From an uncultured Gemmatimonadales bacterium (GTDB taxonomy: Bacteria > Gemmatimonadota > Gemmatimonadetes > Longimicrobiales > RSA9), in contig CAWAMW010000016.1 of NCBI GenBank assembly GCA_963783305.1, forward strand, positions 160,001 through 224,000: 64,000 bases of DNA, written 5' to 3'. A program made the translations under genes and the position numbers. This document shows, piece by piece, positions 47,526 through 58,115 of the stretch. The notes below the pieces were generated by a model. The model had not been told where the DNA came from. It saw only the letters and a program-made list of their open reading frames with translations, and ran no database searches. Within the stretch, counting starts at the first letter, position 1, and the number at the start of each line of letters is the position of its first letter.

Positions 47526-49307
47526 TCACCCGGACGTGATGATCGGTTTGGGCTCCACCGGCGCCATCTTATCCTGGCGCTCCTGCTCCAGCGACTGGTC
47601 GCGTTCGTACACGTCCTCGTGGAACCGGATGGTCCCATCCTCGTCCACCCACGCGGTGAAGTAGAGGATGTAGACGGGCACCTTCTCGTCGAACGGGATC
47701 CACTGCTCGCCGGTGGAGCGGCGCAGCTCGTCATAGTCCCCGGGGTCGCGGTCGCTGAGCCGATCGAGGAGCGTACGGGCCAGGTCGGCCGGCCGCTCCA
47801 CCCGGATGCAGCCGTGGCTGAACGCCCGCGTCTCCTGCGAAAAGAGGTGGTCCGCCGGGGTGTCGTGCAGATAGATGTCCTGGGCGTTCGGGAACAGGAA
47901 CTTGACGTTGCCGAGGGCGTTCCCTTGTCCCGGCTTCTGACGCACCCGGTACGCGCCATCCATGAGCGCGCTCGCCGGGACCGAGCTCCCCACCGGCTCG
48001 TCGTTGTAGAGGACCTCGTAGTTGTTGCGCGCCAGGTAGCCCGGATCGCGGGCGACCGCGGGCACGATCTCCTCCGTCTTGATCGACTCCGGCACGTTCC
48101 AGTACGGGTTCACTACCATGTACTCCAGCGTGTCCTGGAAGATGGGCGTCCGGTTCGCCGTTTTTCCCACCACCACGTTCATGGACTCGATGGCCTCGCC
48201 GTCGTATACGACCTCGAGCTCGTACCCCGCCACGTTGACGAGAATGAACCGGTTGCCGAGGTCGTGGGGGAGCCAGCGCCAGCGGTCGAGGTTCAGTCGC
48301 AGTCCGTCGATCCGCTCGTCCACCGTGATGTTCAGCGCTGCCAGCGTCGCGGGCCCTACCGCGCCGTCCTCCTGGAGGTTGTGCCGCGTCTGGAAATGCT
48401 CCAGCGCCAGCGCCAGCGAGTCGTCGAACACGCTCGTGCGCTCCCGGCCCTGCCGGGCCAGGCGCGTCTCGGTGGGGTCGTCGCCCGCCATGAGACGGGT
48501 GCGCAGCGTCGCCACCCGCTCCCCCTCCACGCCCGGTTTCAGCGCTTCGCCCTCCGGTACGACGGGCCAGCCGCCGCTCTCCTTCACCTCCCGAAGCTGC
48601 CGGAGCGCGGCGATCATGCGGGCGTAGTAGGGCGCCCTCGGACGTACCGACCCCAGGACCTCTTTGGGGTTCTCCCCGTCGAGGACCCGGGCGATCAGCT
48701 GACCATGGTCGATTTCGCCGCGATCGATCTGCCAGTCGAGCCCCGCGCGGTCCGGGTCGATGGTGCCCACCGCCAGGTCCTGCGCCAGACGCGCGAAGCT
48801 CTCCGTGAGCAGGAGGTCGAGCTTGGCGAGGTACTGGAGCTCCTGGTCTTCCACCGCGTCCTCGTTCAGCAGCTGCGCCATCTCCCGGGCGGTACTGAAG
48901 TGGTATCGCTCCCGATCCAGCCCCTCGGAGTTCGCGGCCGCGATCGATTCCAGCATGCTCACCCCGCGCGGCAGGATCTCGTCATCGTCGGTCCAGGCGG
49001 GCTTGTATCCCCGGTCGCGGTAGAGCGCCACGATGGAGGGCCGGATGGAGAGAGTGTCCTCGTTTGGCAGTGTGATGACCGGCGAGGCGGCGGCGTCCGT
49101 GGCGGAATCGGCGGCCGTGGCCGGGCTGCTCTGAGCTGAATCGGCGTTGGCGGAATCAGCGCTCGCGGCCCCCGGGCTTCCTGCCGCCACGGCGGTGCCG
49201 CCCAGCAGCGCCCGTATCTCGGCCGTAGCGTCGGGGTTCTCCCCGCAGGCCGTGGCTGTGACCACCACCGCCAGCAGAGCGGCCCGTATCGACGATCTTC
49301 CGCTCAT
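47526..49307 (-). CDS. L,D-transpeptidase (YcbB/LdtD-like) lipoprotein with PG-binding domain
   Basis: FQ.RH.L..DG.VG..T, NLDRWRW, NPYWNVP, NALG.VKF.FPN, YLHDTP, SHGCIRV; lipobox ATAC. Confidence 0.92.
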   Translation of the reverse strand: MSGRSSIRAALLAVVVTATACGENPDATAEIRALLGGTAVAAGSPGAASADSANADSAQSSPATAADSATDAAASPVITLPNEDTLSIRPSIVALYRDRGYKPAWTDDDEILPRGVSMLESIAAANSEGLDRERYHFSTAREMAQLLNEDAVEDQELQYLAKLDLLLTESFARLAQDLAVGTIDPDRAGLDWQIDRGEIDHGQLIARVLDGENPKEVLGSVRPRAPYYARMIAALRQLREVKESGGWPVVPEGEALKPGVEGERVATLRTRLMAGDDPTETRLARQGRERTSVFDDSLALALEHFQTRHNLQEDGAVGPATLAALNITVDERIDGLRLNLDRWRWLPHDLGNRFILVNVAGYELEVVYDGEAIESMNVVVGKTANRTPIFQDTLEYMVVNPYWNVPESIKTEEIVPAVARDPGYLARNNYEVLYNDEPVGSSVPASALMDGAYRVRQKPGQGNALGNVKFLFPNAQDIYLHDTPADHLFSQETRAFSHGCIRVERPADLARTLLDRLSDRDPGDYDELRRSTGEQWIPFDEKVPVYILYFTAWVDEDGTIRFHEDVYERDQSLEQERQDKMAPVEPKPIITSG

Positions 49308-49513
49308 TTACAGTCTCTCCATGTATGGATTCAGGCCCCAGGGCGGGACGTTCCGAGGCTGAATAGTGCAATGACCGTTCCCTCCCGCGCACGCGGGTAC
49401 GCCCGGCGCGCGGCACCACGGGTTCACCCCTGGCCCGGGGCTGGCGTGGGGGGATCGCCGCGCGCACTATCCGCGCGGCCGTCGCCGAGATCACGCACTG
49501 GAGTGGAAACACC

Positions 49514-50278
<765 letters not shown>

Positions 50279-50434
50279 CGGGCGCAGCGGCGGAGAGCAG
50301 TTCCCGCGCCGCGTGCGGCCGCTCCTCTCCCACCATAAGCCGGGGCGGTCGCCGGCGCACGCATCTGGACGCCGCAGCGGTGTCGATCCATCTTTGTCGC
50401 GGCACACTCGCCCTCCCCCCCAACCCCGGATCCC

Positions 50435-51712
50435 ATGCCCATCACCCACGAGAACGCCCGGAAGATCGTGCGGCGGCTGGCCCGCGGCCGCGATGTGGAA
50501 GGGCTCCCGGAGATGCTGGCGCCGGTCCCGCCGGAGACGCGGCCGATGCCGCCGGCTGTGCCGAGATCGCGGAACTGGAGCGTGGAGGCCACGGCGGAAC
50601 GGGTAGCGTTCTTGGAGGCGCGGGGCGTGGAGCTGGATCATATCGCGGGGCGGGCGGCGCCCATGGATCCGGCGGATCTCCGGGGAAACATCGAGAACCA
50701 TATCGGCACGGCGCAGGTGCCCATGGGTGTGCTGGGTCCCATCCGTGTGAACGGGCTGCACGCGTCGGGGGACTATTACGTGCCGCTGGCCACGTCGGAG
50801 GGCGCGCTGGTGGCGAGCTATGACCGGGGCGCGAAGGTCATGACCCGAGCGGGGGGATGCGCGGCGCTCACCACCACTGAGCACGTGCAGCGGGCGCCCG
50901 GCTTCGTTTTCCGGTCCATGGCCGAGGCGGCGATCTTCGCCCACTGGGTGGCGAGCGAGTTCGACCGGTTCGTGGAGGTGGCGGCGGCGCGCACGGGGCA
51001 CGGCCGCCTGCTGGACCTCTCGGTCCACCTCCAGGGGAACCACGTCTACCTGATCCTGGACTTCCACACGGGGGACGCAGCGGGGCAGAACATGGTGACG
51101 TTCTGCGCGGAGGCCATCTGCCAGGACATCCTGGAGCGGTCCCCGCGTAAGCCCGAGTCGTGGTTCGTGGAGTCGAACATGTCCGGGGACAAGAAGGCCA
51201 CGGCGCTGAGCTTCTCCCGGACCCGGGGTAGGAACGTCACCGCCGAGGTGGTGATCCCGGCGGCGCTGGTGCGGTCGGGGCTGCGCACCACGCCGGAGCG
51301 CATGTGCGAGTACTGGCGTATGAGCTTCATCGGGGGGGTGCAGACGGGGAGCATCGGTGTGAGCGGGCACGTGGCCAACGGGCTGGCGGCCCTCTTCCTC
51401 GCCACGGGGCAGGACCTGGCGTGTGTCAGTGAGGCCGCCGTGGGCGTGACGCGCTTCGAGCTCACGGACGGCGGTGACCTCTACGCCATGGTCAACCTCC
51501 CCAACCTCATTGTGGGGACCGTAGGCGGCGGGACCCGGCTCCCCTCGGCACGGGAGAGCCTCCGGATCATGGACTGCGATGGCCCTGACACCGCGTCCCG
51601 GTTCGCGGAGATCTGCGCCGCCGTCATCCTGGGCGGCGAACTGTCCATCGTGGCCGCGCTGTGCGCCGGTGACTTTTCCCGGGCGCACGAGGCGTACGGC
51701 CGGCCTGGATGA
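50435..51712 (+). CDS. Class I HMG-CoA reductase homolog
   Basis: IENHIG, VPLATSEGALVAS (Glu), GDAAGQNMV, SGDKK (Lys), TGQD (Asp), VGTVGGGT, C-terminal RAHE (His). Confidence 0.9.
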   Translation: MPITHENARKIVRRLARGRDVEGLPEMLAPVPPETRPMPPAVPRSRNWSVEATAERVAFLEARGVELDHIAGRAAPMDPADLRGNIENHIGTAQVPMGVLGPIRVNGLHASGDYYVPLATSEGALVASYDRGAKVMTRAGGCAALTTTEHVQRAPGFVFRSMAEAAIFAHWVASEFDRFVEVAAARTGHGRLLDLSVHLQGNHVYLILDFHTGDAAGQNMVTFCAEAICQDILERSPRKPESWFVESNMSGDKKATALSFSRTRGRNVTAEVVIPAALVRSGLRTTPERMCEYWRMSFIGGVQTGSIGVSGHVANGLAALFLATGQDLACVSEAAVGVTRFELTDGGDLYAMVNLPNLIVGTVGGGTRLPSARESLRIMDCDGPDTASRFAEICAAVILGGELSIVAALCAGDFSRAHEAYGRPG

Positions 51713-52680
51713 AGGCCCGCCAGATGAACGCGACGCGGCTTCAGAGGCTCCGGACCTACCAGGCCGAGCGGTTTCCGCTCCTGGTGTATGTCCCGCTGTT
51801 CGCCGTGGCCACGTTCGCCGCCGTGGCCTTCTCGTGGGGCGCCCGCCCGGGGAGCGGACCTGGCCCCTTCCCCGTGGGGCCGTGGGCGGTGGGTCTCTTC
51901 ACCGTGCTGGTCCTGTTCTTCTTCCTCCGCGTGCTGGACGAGCACAAGGATGCCGATCAGGACGCCCGCTACCGTCCGGAGCTGCCCGTACCCCGGGGTC
52001 TCGTATCGCTCCGTGAGCTCCGCGTGGTGGCCCTCCTCGCGCTGGCCGCCGCGCTGGCGCTGAACGCCCGGGTGGAGCCGGCGCTCCTGGTGGTGCTGGC
52101 GGCCGTCCTGGCGTGGGCCGGGTTCATGGGCCGGGAGTTCTTCGTCCCCGCCTGGCTCCGGGCGCGACCGGCGTGGTACCTCGTGTCCCACATGCTCATC
52201 ATGCCCCTCATCTTCCTGTATGCGACGGCGCTGGACTGGCTCGTCGCCGGCGCGCCCCCGCCCCCGGGCACCACCGCGTTCCTGGCGCTGGCCTTCTGCA
52301 ACGGCCTGGTCATCGAGGTGGGCCGGAAGGTGCGCCCGCCCGATGAGGAGCGGGAGGGCGTGGACAGCTACACCCGCTCGTGGGGGACGGGCGCGGCCGC
52401 CCTGGTCTGGATCGCCGTGGTCCTCGCGGCCGCCGCGTTCGCCCTCCTGAGCCTGCGGACCCTCACCGGCGCGGCCGGTTTCGGCTCCCCGGGCTCGCCG
52501 GTGGGCGCCGCCCTCGGGCTCGCCGGTCTCGCCCTGGCCGCCACCGTTCCCGGCCTGCTGCTGATGCGCGGCTCGCCCCGCCTCCGGTCCGCCCACATCG
52601 AGGCGGTGTCTGGGGTCTGGGTGCTGGCGTCCTACGGCGTTGTGGGAGCGGTGGGCTGGGCCGCCGGGTCGTCGGGATGA
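51709..52680 (+). CDS. UbiA prenyltransferase-like membrane protein
   Basis: ERFP; LRVLDEHKDADQDARYRPELPVPRGLVS (Asp-rich motif I + RP..G); E.GRK, GVDSYT; about 8 TM segments. Confidence 0.75.
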   Translation: MKARQMNATRLQRLRTYQAERFPLLVYVPLFAVATFAAVAFSWGARPGSGPGPFPVGPWAVGLFTVLVLFFFLRVLDEHKDADQDARYRPELPVPRGLVSLRELRVVALLALAAALALNARVEPALLVVLAAVLAWAGFMGREFFVPAWLRARPAWYLVSHMLIMPLIFLYATALDWLVAGAPPPPGTTAFLALAFCNGLVIEVGRKVRPPDEEREGVDSYTRSWGTGAAALVWIAVVLAAAAFALLSLRTLTGAAGFGSPGSPVGAALGLAGLALAATVPGLLLMRGSPRLRSAHIEAVSGVWVLASYGVVGAVGWAAGSSG

Positions 52681-55373
52681 TGGAGCCATCCGGGGCGCGC
52701 ACCATCCAGGGATTGGAGGGCCGGGTGAGCGAGCCGTCGCCGGCCACCATTGTCCGGGGTAGCGCGCTGTCGCACCTGGACCCCCGGCGGCTGGGCGGGA
52801 AAGCGGCGAACCTGGCGCGGCTGGAGGCGCTGGGCGTCGCCGTCCCGACCTGGATCGTCATCCTCGCCCCGGCCCCGGGAGACGCGGCGCGCGAGGCCGA
52901 GCCCCGGGCCGAGCTCGCCGCCGCCCTCCGGGACGCGGGGCTGGACGGCCGGCTGCTGGCGGTCCGGTCGTCGGCCGTGGGGGAGGACGAGGCGGGGGCG
53001 TCGTTCGCCGGGCAGTTCGAAACGGTGCTGGGCGTGCCCGGCGGGGATCCGGAGGCGGTGTGGGCCGCCGTGCGGACGGTGCGGGAGTCGGCGTCGTCGG
53101 AGCGGGTGGCGGCCTACGCCGGCGCGGTCGCCCCGCCTCCCATGGCCGTGATCCTCCAGGCGCTGGTGGACGCGGGGGCGTCGGGCGTGGCGTTCTCCGC
53201 CGACCCCGTGACGGGAGACCGGGACACCACCGTCGTGTCCGCCGTGCGCGGGCTGGGTGAGGCGCTGGTGTCGGGGGAAGTGGACGCCGACACGTTCCGG
53301 GTGCGGGCGGACGCCACGGGCAGCCTCCGGATCGTCGACCGGCAGAGCGCCGCGCAGGACCGGGCGCTCCGGCGCACGCCGTCGGGAACCGAATGGGTGG
53401 CCGTGACCGCGGCCGAGCGGGAGACCCCGGCGTTGTCAGACCACGAGGCGCTGGAGATCGCCCGGGTCGCCCGCGAGCTCGCCGGAAAGCTCGGCGCGCC
53501 GCAGGACGTGGAGTGGGCGCTGGAGGCGGGTCCCCGTCGTCGCCTGCTGATCCTCCAGACCCGCCCCATCACCACGCTGGCCGGTGGGGAGCGACGGGTG
53601 TGGGACAACAGCAACATCGTGGAGAGCTATGCCGGCGTGACCACGCCCCTCACGTTCAGCTTTGCCCGGGCCGTGTACGAGGACGTCTACCGCCAGTTCT
53701 GCCGGGTGATGGGCGTGGAGGAGCCGCTCATCGAGCGGAACCGGGCGGTGTTCCGGGAGATGATCGGGCTGGTCCGGGGCCGCGTCTATTACAACCTGCT
53801 GAGCTGGTACCGCGTCCTGGCCCTGCTCCCGGGCTACTCCTTCAACCGGTCGTTCATGGAGCGGATGATGGGCGTGCGGGAGAAGCTTTCGGATCCCCCC
53901 GACCCGCCAAAGGCCGCCGGCAAGTGGGTAGACCTGGGTCGCATGATCCGGATGGGGTGGCTCATGGTGCGGGCCAGCCGCGGGCTGCGTCGGTCCGTGC
54001 CCGCCTTCCACCGCCGCCTCGACCTCGCCCTCGAGCCGCTCACCGATCAGGACCTCACCCGCCGGGAGCCCCACGACCTCGTGGCGCTCTACCACCGCCT
54101 CGAGGAGGAGCTGCTCCGGCACTGGCAGCCGCCGCTGGTGAACGACTTCTTCGCCATGATCTGGTTCGGCGTGCTGGGCCGTCTCACGGAGAAGTGGCTC
54201 CCCAACCAGCCCGCCACGCTGGTCAATGACCTGCTGGCGGGCGAGGGCGGGATGGTGTCCACGGAGCCGGCCCGGCGCGTCATGGCCATGGCCGGGACCG
54301 TGGCGGAGTCGCCCGGGCTGCGCGCCCTCTTCCAGCGCCACGACGACGACGCGGCGCTGCTGGCCGCGCTCCGGGATCCGGCCGCCGGGTCCGCGGCCGG
54401 CTTCGCGGCCGCCGGCGACCCGGCCCGCGAATCCGCCGCGAACCCCGTGGCCGCCGAGGTGTCCGCCCTGGCCGCGGAGCTCGCCGCCTACCTCCGTCGC
54501 TTCGGCGACCGGTGCGCCAACGAGTTGAAGCTGGAGACCGTCACGCTCTCCGAGGACCCGACGTTCCTGGTGGCCACGATCCGGTCGTACGTCCGGCAGG
54601 GCGCCATCGACCCCGACGCCTCCCGGGCCCGGGAGGTGGCCATCCGGGCGGCCGCGGAGGCTCAGGTCGCCGCCACGCTGGGCCCCCTCCGGTGCCGGGC
54701 GTACCGCGGGGTCCTGCGCCGGGCCCGGAACCGGATCCGCGACCGGGAGAACCTGCGTTTCGAGCGGACGCGTGTGTTCGGTGTGGTGCGCCGGATCTTC
54801 CTCGGCCTCGGCTACGCGCTCCACGGGGCGGGTACCCTGGACGACCCCCGGGACGTCTTCTGGCTCACCACCGACGAGGTCTTCGGCTGGGTGGACGGGA
54901 CGGGCGTGTCCGCGGACCTGCGGACGCTGGCGGAGGGCCGGCGCGCCGAGTTCCGGCGCTACGAGGAGGGACCCGCGCCGCCGGAGCGCTTCGAGACGAG
55001 GGGCCCGCCCTCGGAGGCCGACCTGCTGACGCCCCCGGCGGTGGCCACGGAGGGGGACCTGGCCGGGACCGGCTGCTGCCCCGGCGTGGTACGGGCGCCC
55101 GTCCGACTGGTCCGGGACCCCCGGGAAGCGGGCGACCTGGGGGGCCGCATCCTCGTGGCGGAGCGCACCGACCCGGGCTGGACGCTCCTCTTCCCGTCGG
55201 CCGCGGGGATCCTGGTCCAGCGAGGGAGCCTGCTGAGCCATTCGGCCATCGTGGCCCGGGAGATGGGGGTGCCCTGCGTCGTCTCGATCCCGGGTCTCAT
55301 GGACACGCTGGAAGACGGCGAGGTGGTGGAGATGGATGGCGGCAGCGGGCTCGTACGCCGGGCGCTCGAGTGA
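52677..55373 (+). CDS. PEP-utilizing-family dikinase with rifampin phosphotransferase-like architecture
   Basis: ATP-grasp GGKAANL, VRSSA.GED, SFAGQF, GLGEALVSG, QDVEW, LQTRPIT; large central domain; C-terminal TDPGW..SHSAIVARE phospho-His domain. Confidence 0.88.
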   Translation: MMEPSGARTIQGLEGRVSEPSPATIVRGSALSHLDPRRLGGKAANLARLEALGVAVPTWIVILAPAPGDAAREAEPRAELAAALRDAGLDGRLLAVRSSAVGEDEAGASFAGQFETVLGVPGGDPEAVWAAVRTVRESASSERVAAYAGAVAPPPMAVILQALVDAGASGVAFSADPVTGDRDTTVVSAVRGLGEALVSGEVDADTFRVRADATGSLRIVDRQSAAQDRALRRTPSGTEWVAVTAAERETPALSDHEALEIARVARELAGKLGAPQDVEWALEAGPRRRLLILQTRPITTLAGGERRVWDNSNIVESYAGVTTPLTFSFARAVYEDVYRQFCRVMGVEEPLIERNRAVFREMIGLVRGRVYYNLLSWYRVLALLPGYSFNRSFMERMMGVREKLSDPPDPPKAAGKWVDLGRMIRMGWLMVRASRGLRRSVPAFHRRLDLALEPLTDQDLTRREPHDLVALYHRLEEELLRHWQPPLVNDFFAMIWFGVLGRLTEKWLPNQPATLVNDLLAGEGGMVSTEPARRVMAMAGTVAESPGLRALFQRHDDDAALLAALRDPAAGSAAGFAAAGDPARESAANPVAAEVSALAAELAAYLRRFGDRCANELKLETVTLSEDPTFLVATIRSYVRQGAIDPDASRAREVAIRAAAEAQVAATLGPLRCRAYRGVLRRARNRIRDRENLRFERTRVFGVVRRIFLGLGYALHGAGTLDDPRDVFWLTTDEVFGWVDGTGVSADLRTLAEGRRAEFRRYEEGPAPPERFETRGPPSEADLLTPPAVATEGDLAGTGCCPGVVRAPVRLVRDPREAGDLGGRILVAERTDPGWTLLFPSAAGILVQRGSLLSHSAIVAREMGVPCVVSIPGLMDTLEDGEVVEMDGGSGLVRRALE

Positions 55374-56500
55374 GCGGGGCAGGGGACGCCATCGAGGAGC
55401 GGGCCACCTTCCACTTCATCCGCTACGCGTCGGTGTGGGAGGACGCGGACATCCTGTGCGAGGCGCTGTGGCCCGTGGCCGTGGGGGGGCGAGTGCTGTC
55501 GGTGGCCTCGGCGGGGGACAACGTCCTGGCGCTCCTGACGCTGGACCCGGCCGAGGTGGTGGCGGTGGACCTGAGCGCACCGCAGCTGGCGGCGCTGGAG
55601 CTGAGGGTGACCGCGTTCCGGGAGCTCGACCACGCCCCGCTGCTGGAGTTCCTGGGCGTCACGCCATCGGACCGGCGGCTCGCCGTCTACCAGGGACTCC
55701 GCCATCGACTGGGGGACGGCGCCCGGGGCTTCTGGGACGGGCAGCGGGAGGCCGTGGCCGGGGGCGTCATCCACGCGGGTCGTTTCGAGCGTTACCTGCG
55801 GCTTTTCCGCCGGCGTGTCCTCCCGCTGATCCATTCCCGGTCGCGCATCGAGGGGCTGCTGGCGGCCCGCACGCTGGAGGAGCAGGAGCGGTTCTACCGC
55901 GAGCATTGGGACAGCGTCCGGTGGCGCCTGGTGTTCCGCCTCTTCTTCAGCCGGTTCGTCATGGGCCGGCTCGGCCGGGACCCGGCGTTCTTCGAGCACG
56001 TGGAAGGCTCGGTGGGCGGCCGGATCCTGGAGCGGACGCGGCACGCCCTCACGGCCATCCCCGTCCACACCAACCCGTACCTCACCTACATCATGACGGG
56101 GAACTACTCCCCGGCCGCACTTCCCCGCTACCTCCGGCCGGAGCAGTACGCCGGCATCCGGAGCCGGCTCGATCGCGTGGTCCCCGTCCGCGGCCCGGCC
56201 GAGTCTGCCCCCGGCACGTTCGACGCGTTCAACCTGTCGGACATCTTCGAGTACATGGACCCGGCGGACCACGAGCGCGCGTACCTGGCGCTCCTCGACG
56301 TGGCCCGGCCTGGCGCCCGGCTGGCCTACTGGAACATGCTGGCCCCCCGGGGTGTGCCGCCGGCCGCCGCCGGTCGGGTGACGGCGCTGGACGAGCTGGC
56401 CCGTGAGCTTCACCTCCAGGACCGGGCGTGGTTCTACCAGTCGTTCCATGTGGACCGCGTGGCCGGCGGTGAGAGCGCCGCGGACGAGGCCGTCGCATGA
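55370..56500 (+). CDS. DUF3419 / BtaA-like SAM-dependent 3-amino-3-carboxypropyl transferase
   Basis: RYASVWED, SVASAGDN, AVDLS..Q, GRFERY, NPY, NLSDIFEYM, DRAWFY. Confidence 0.85.
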   Translation: MSGAGDAIEERATFHFIRYASVWEDADILCEALWPVAVGGRVLSVASAGDNVLALLTLDPAEVVAVDLSAPQLAALELRVTAFRELDHAPLLEFLGVTPSDRRLAVYQGLRHRLGDGARGFWDGQREAVAGGVIHAGRFERYLRLFRRRVLPLIHSRSRIEGLLAARTLEEQERFYREHWDSVRWRLVFRLFFSRFVMGRLGRDPAFFEHVEGSVGGRILERTRHALTAIPVHTNPYLTYIMTGNYSPAALPRYLRPEQYAGIRSRLDRVVPVRGPAESAPGTFDAFNLSDIFEYMDPADHERAYLALLDVARPGARLAYWNMLAPRGVPPAAAGRVTALDELARELHLQDRAWFYQSFHVDRVAGGESAADEAVA

Positions 56501-57909
56501 TCGCCATGGGCCCGGCGGGCCTGGACCTGGCCCGGGAGATCCTGGCCGCCCTGCTGGTGGGGGGCGGGTTCCTGGCCATTTTCGTGGGGGCCGAGCTGTG
56601 GAAGCGGTTCGGTGACCCACCGGTGGAATGGACCCGGAAGTTCGTCCATTTCTTCGGCGGGCTCATTGCGGCCAGCTTCCCGTGGGTCTTCCAGTCCCGG
56701 TGGAGCGTGGTGGCGCTGGCGCTGACCTTCCTGGTCATCATATGGCTCTCGCGTCGCCTGGGGCTGCTCCAGAGCGTGCATGGCGTGGAGCGCAGCAGTG
56801 AGGGGGGGATCTACTACCCGCTGGCCGTCCTCTTTGTCTTCCTGGTGGGCCACGACCGTCCCGTGTTCTACCTCATCGCCATCCTGGCGCTGGTGGTGGC
56901 GGACACGCTGGCGGCGCTGGTGGGCTCGATGTACGGGCGGCAGTCGTACGCGGTGGAAACGGACCGGCGCTCGCTGGAGGGCTCCGCCGTCTTCCTCCTG
57001 ACGACGTTCCTCCTGACCCACATCCCGCTCCTCCTCATGGCGAAGCTGGATCCGCTGACCTCGGTCCTCATCAGCATCCAGGTGGCCATCCTGGTGACAC
57101 AGTTCGAGGCCATCAGTCTCCGGGGGAACGACAACCTGATCGTCCCCATCGCCACCTTCTACCTGCTCATCAAGATGACGCCCCGGGGCGCCGACCACAT
57201 CGGCCATCAGCTCATCGCGCAGCTGGTGATCATCGCGCTGATCTGGGTAGTGGCGTGGCGGTCGTGGGCGCTGACGTTCAGTGGCGCTATCGCCCTCATG
57301 CTCTTCACCTACGGCCTGTGGGGGCTGGGAGGCCCCGAGTGGGTGGTGGCGCCGGGACTCGGGCTCCTGGGATTCATCGCCGTGAGGGAGCTCTTCGCCA
57401 GCGACGTGGTGGAGGCGCCGCCGGGCAGCTACCAGGTCATCGCCATCTTCTACATCTGCATCGTGGCCACCGTGCTGTTCATCGCCAACAACACGCTGGA
57501 GACCCTCATCCCGGGGCTCCACCCCATCCTCACCGACGCCGACCCGCTCTACGCGCCGTACATCGGCGTGGTGGCCGCGCAGGTGGCTCTCATCTTCGTC
57601 GCCCAGCTGGAGCCGTTCGTGCCCGGGAGCCCGCTCTGGTCGTGGCGGGCCGCGGCCAGCGCGCTGGCGGCCGTGGCCGTGGTGGTCCCCATCGGTCTCG
57701 CCGCCGGCCCCCAGGGCCTGAGCGTCTGGGGCCTCGGGCTGACCACGGCCCTGGTCTTCGCGACCACCACCCTGTACCTGGTGGGTCGCCGCATCCCCGC
57801 CTGGCCCCACGTCCCGCCGTGGAACGTGCGCCTCCAGGCCACCAGCGCCGCGCTGGCCGCGGCCGTTTTCGTGCCGTTGCACCTGTGGTGGATCGGCGGG
57901 TTGGGGTAG
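56497..57909 (+). CDS. Phytol/dolichol kinase-like (CTP-dependent) polytopic membrane protein
   Basis: EWTRKFVHF.GG, ADTLAALVG..YG, RSLEGS, GNDNLIVP; extra C-terminal TM half. Confidence 0.8.
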   Translation: MIAMGPAGLDLAREILAALLVGGGFLAIFVGAELWKRFGDPPVEWTRKFVHFFGGLIAASFPWVFQSRWSVVALALTFLVIIWLSRRLGLLQSVHGVERSSEGGIYYPLAVLFVFLVGHDRPVFYLIAILALVVADTLAALVGSMYGRQSYAVETDRRSLEGSAVFLLTTFLLTHIPLLLMAKLDPLTSVLISIQVAILVTQFEAISLRGNDNLIVPIATFYLLIKMTPRGADHIGHQLIAQLVIIALIWVVAWRSWALTFSGAIALMLFTYGLWGLGGPEWVVAPGLGLLGFIAVRELFASDVVEAPPGSYQVIAIFYICIVATVLFIANNTLETLIPGLHPILTDADPLYAPYIGVVAAQVALIFVAQLEPFVPGSPLWSWRAAASALAAVAVVVPIGLAAGPQGLSVWGLGLTTALVFATTTLYLVGRRIPAWPHVPPWNVRLQATSAALAAAVFVPLHLWWIGGLG

Positions 57910-57916
57910 GCAGCGA

Positions 57917-58039
57917 ACATCGATCATCGAACATCGAGTATCGCGCCCGATTCGGACGACCGGGCTGATCCGGGGAGTTTCGTTTCACGGGGTCGTGAGG
58001 CCGCGAGTGACCGATCTGCGAAAATCTGCGCAATCTGCG
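57917..58039. repeat. Short intergenic tandem repeats
   Basis: 7-mer array acatcga-tcatcga-acatcga-gtatcgc (57917-57944) and atctgcg x3 at 9-10 bp period (58014-58039). Confidence 0.65.
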
Positions 58040-58115
58040 GTCGGATTCTCGCGGGTTGCGGGCACCGATTATCGGGCGGCACCCCGGTGCCGGGTAGCCG
58101 CCGGGTTCGACATCT

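Noticed and set aside
49308..49513. yybP-ykoY (Mn) riboswitch upstream of terC
   Set aside because: I could not find the characteristic GGGGAGUAG-type conserved sequence; no support by eye.
52677..55373. Rifampin resistance gene or PEP synthase
   Set aside because: It lacks the C-terminal pyruvate-binding barrel of PEP synthase and is embedded in a coupled biosynthetic operon; shared architecture alone does not imply resistance.
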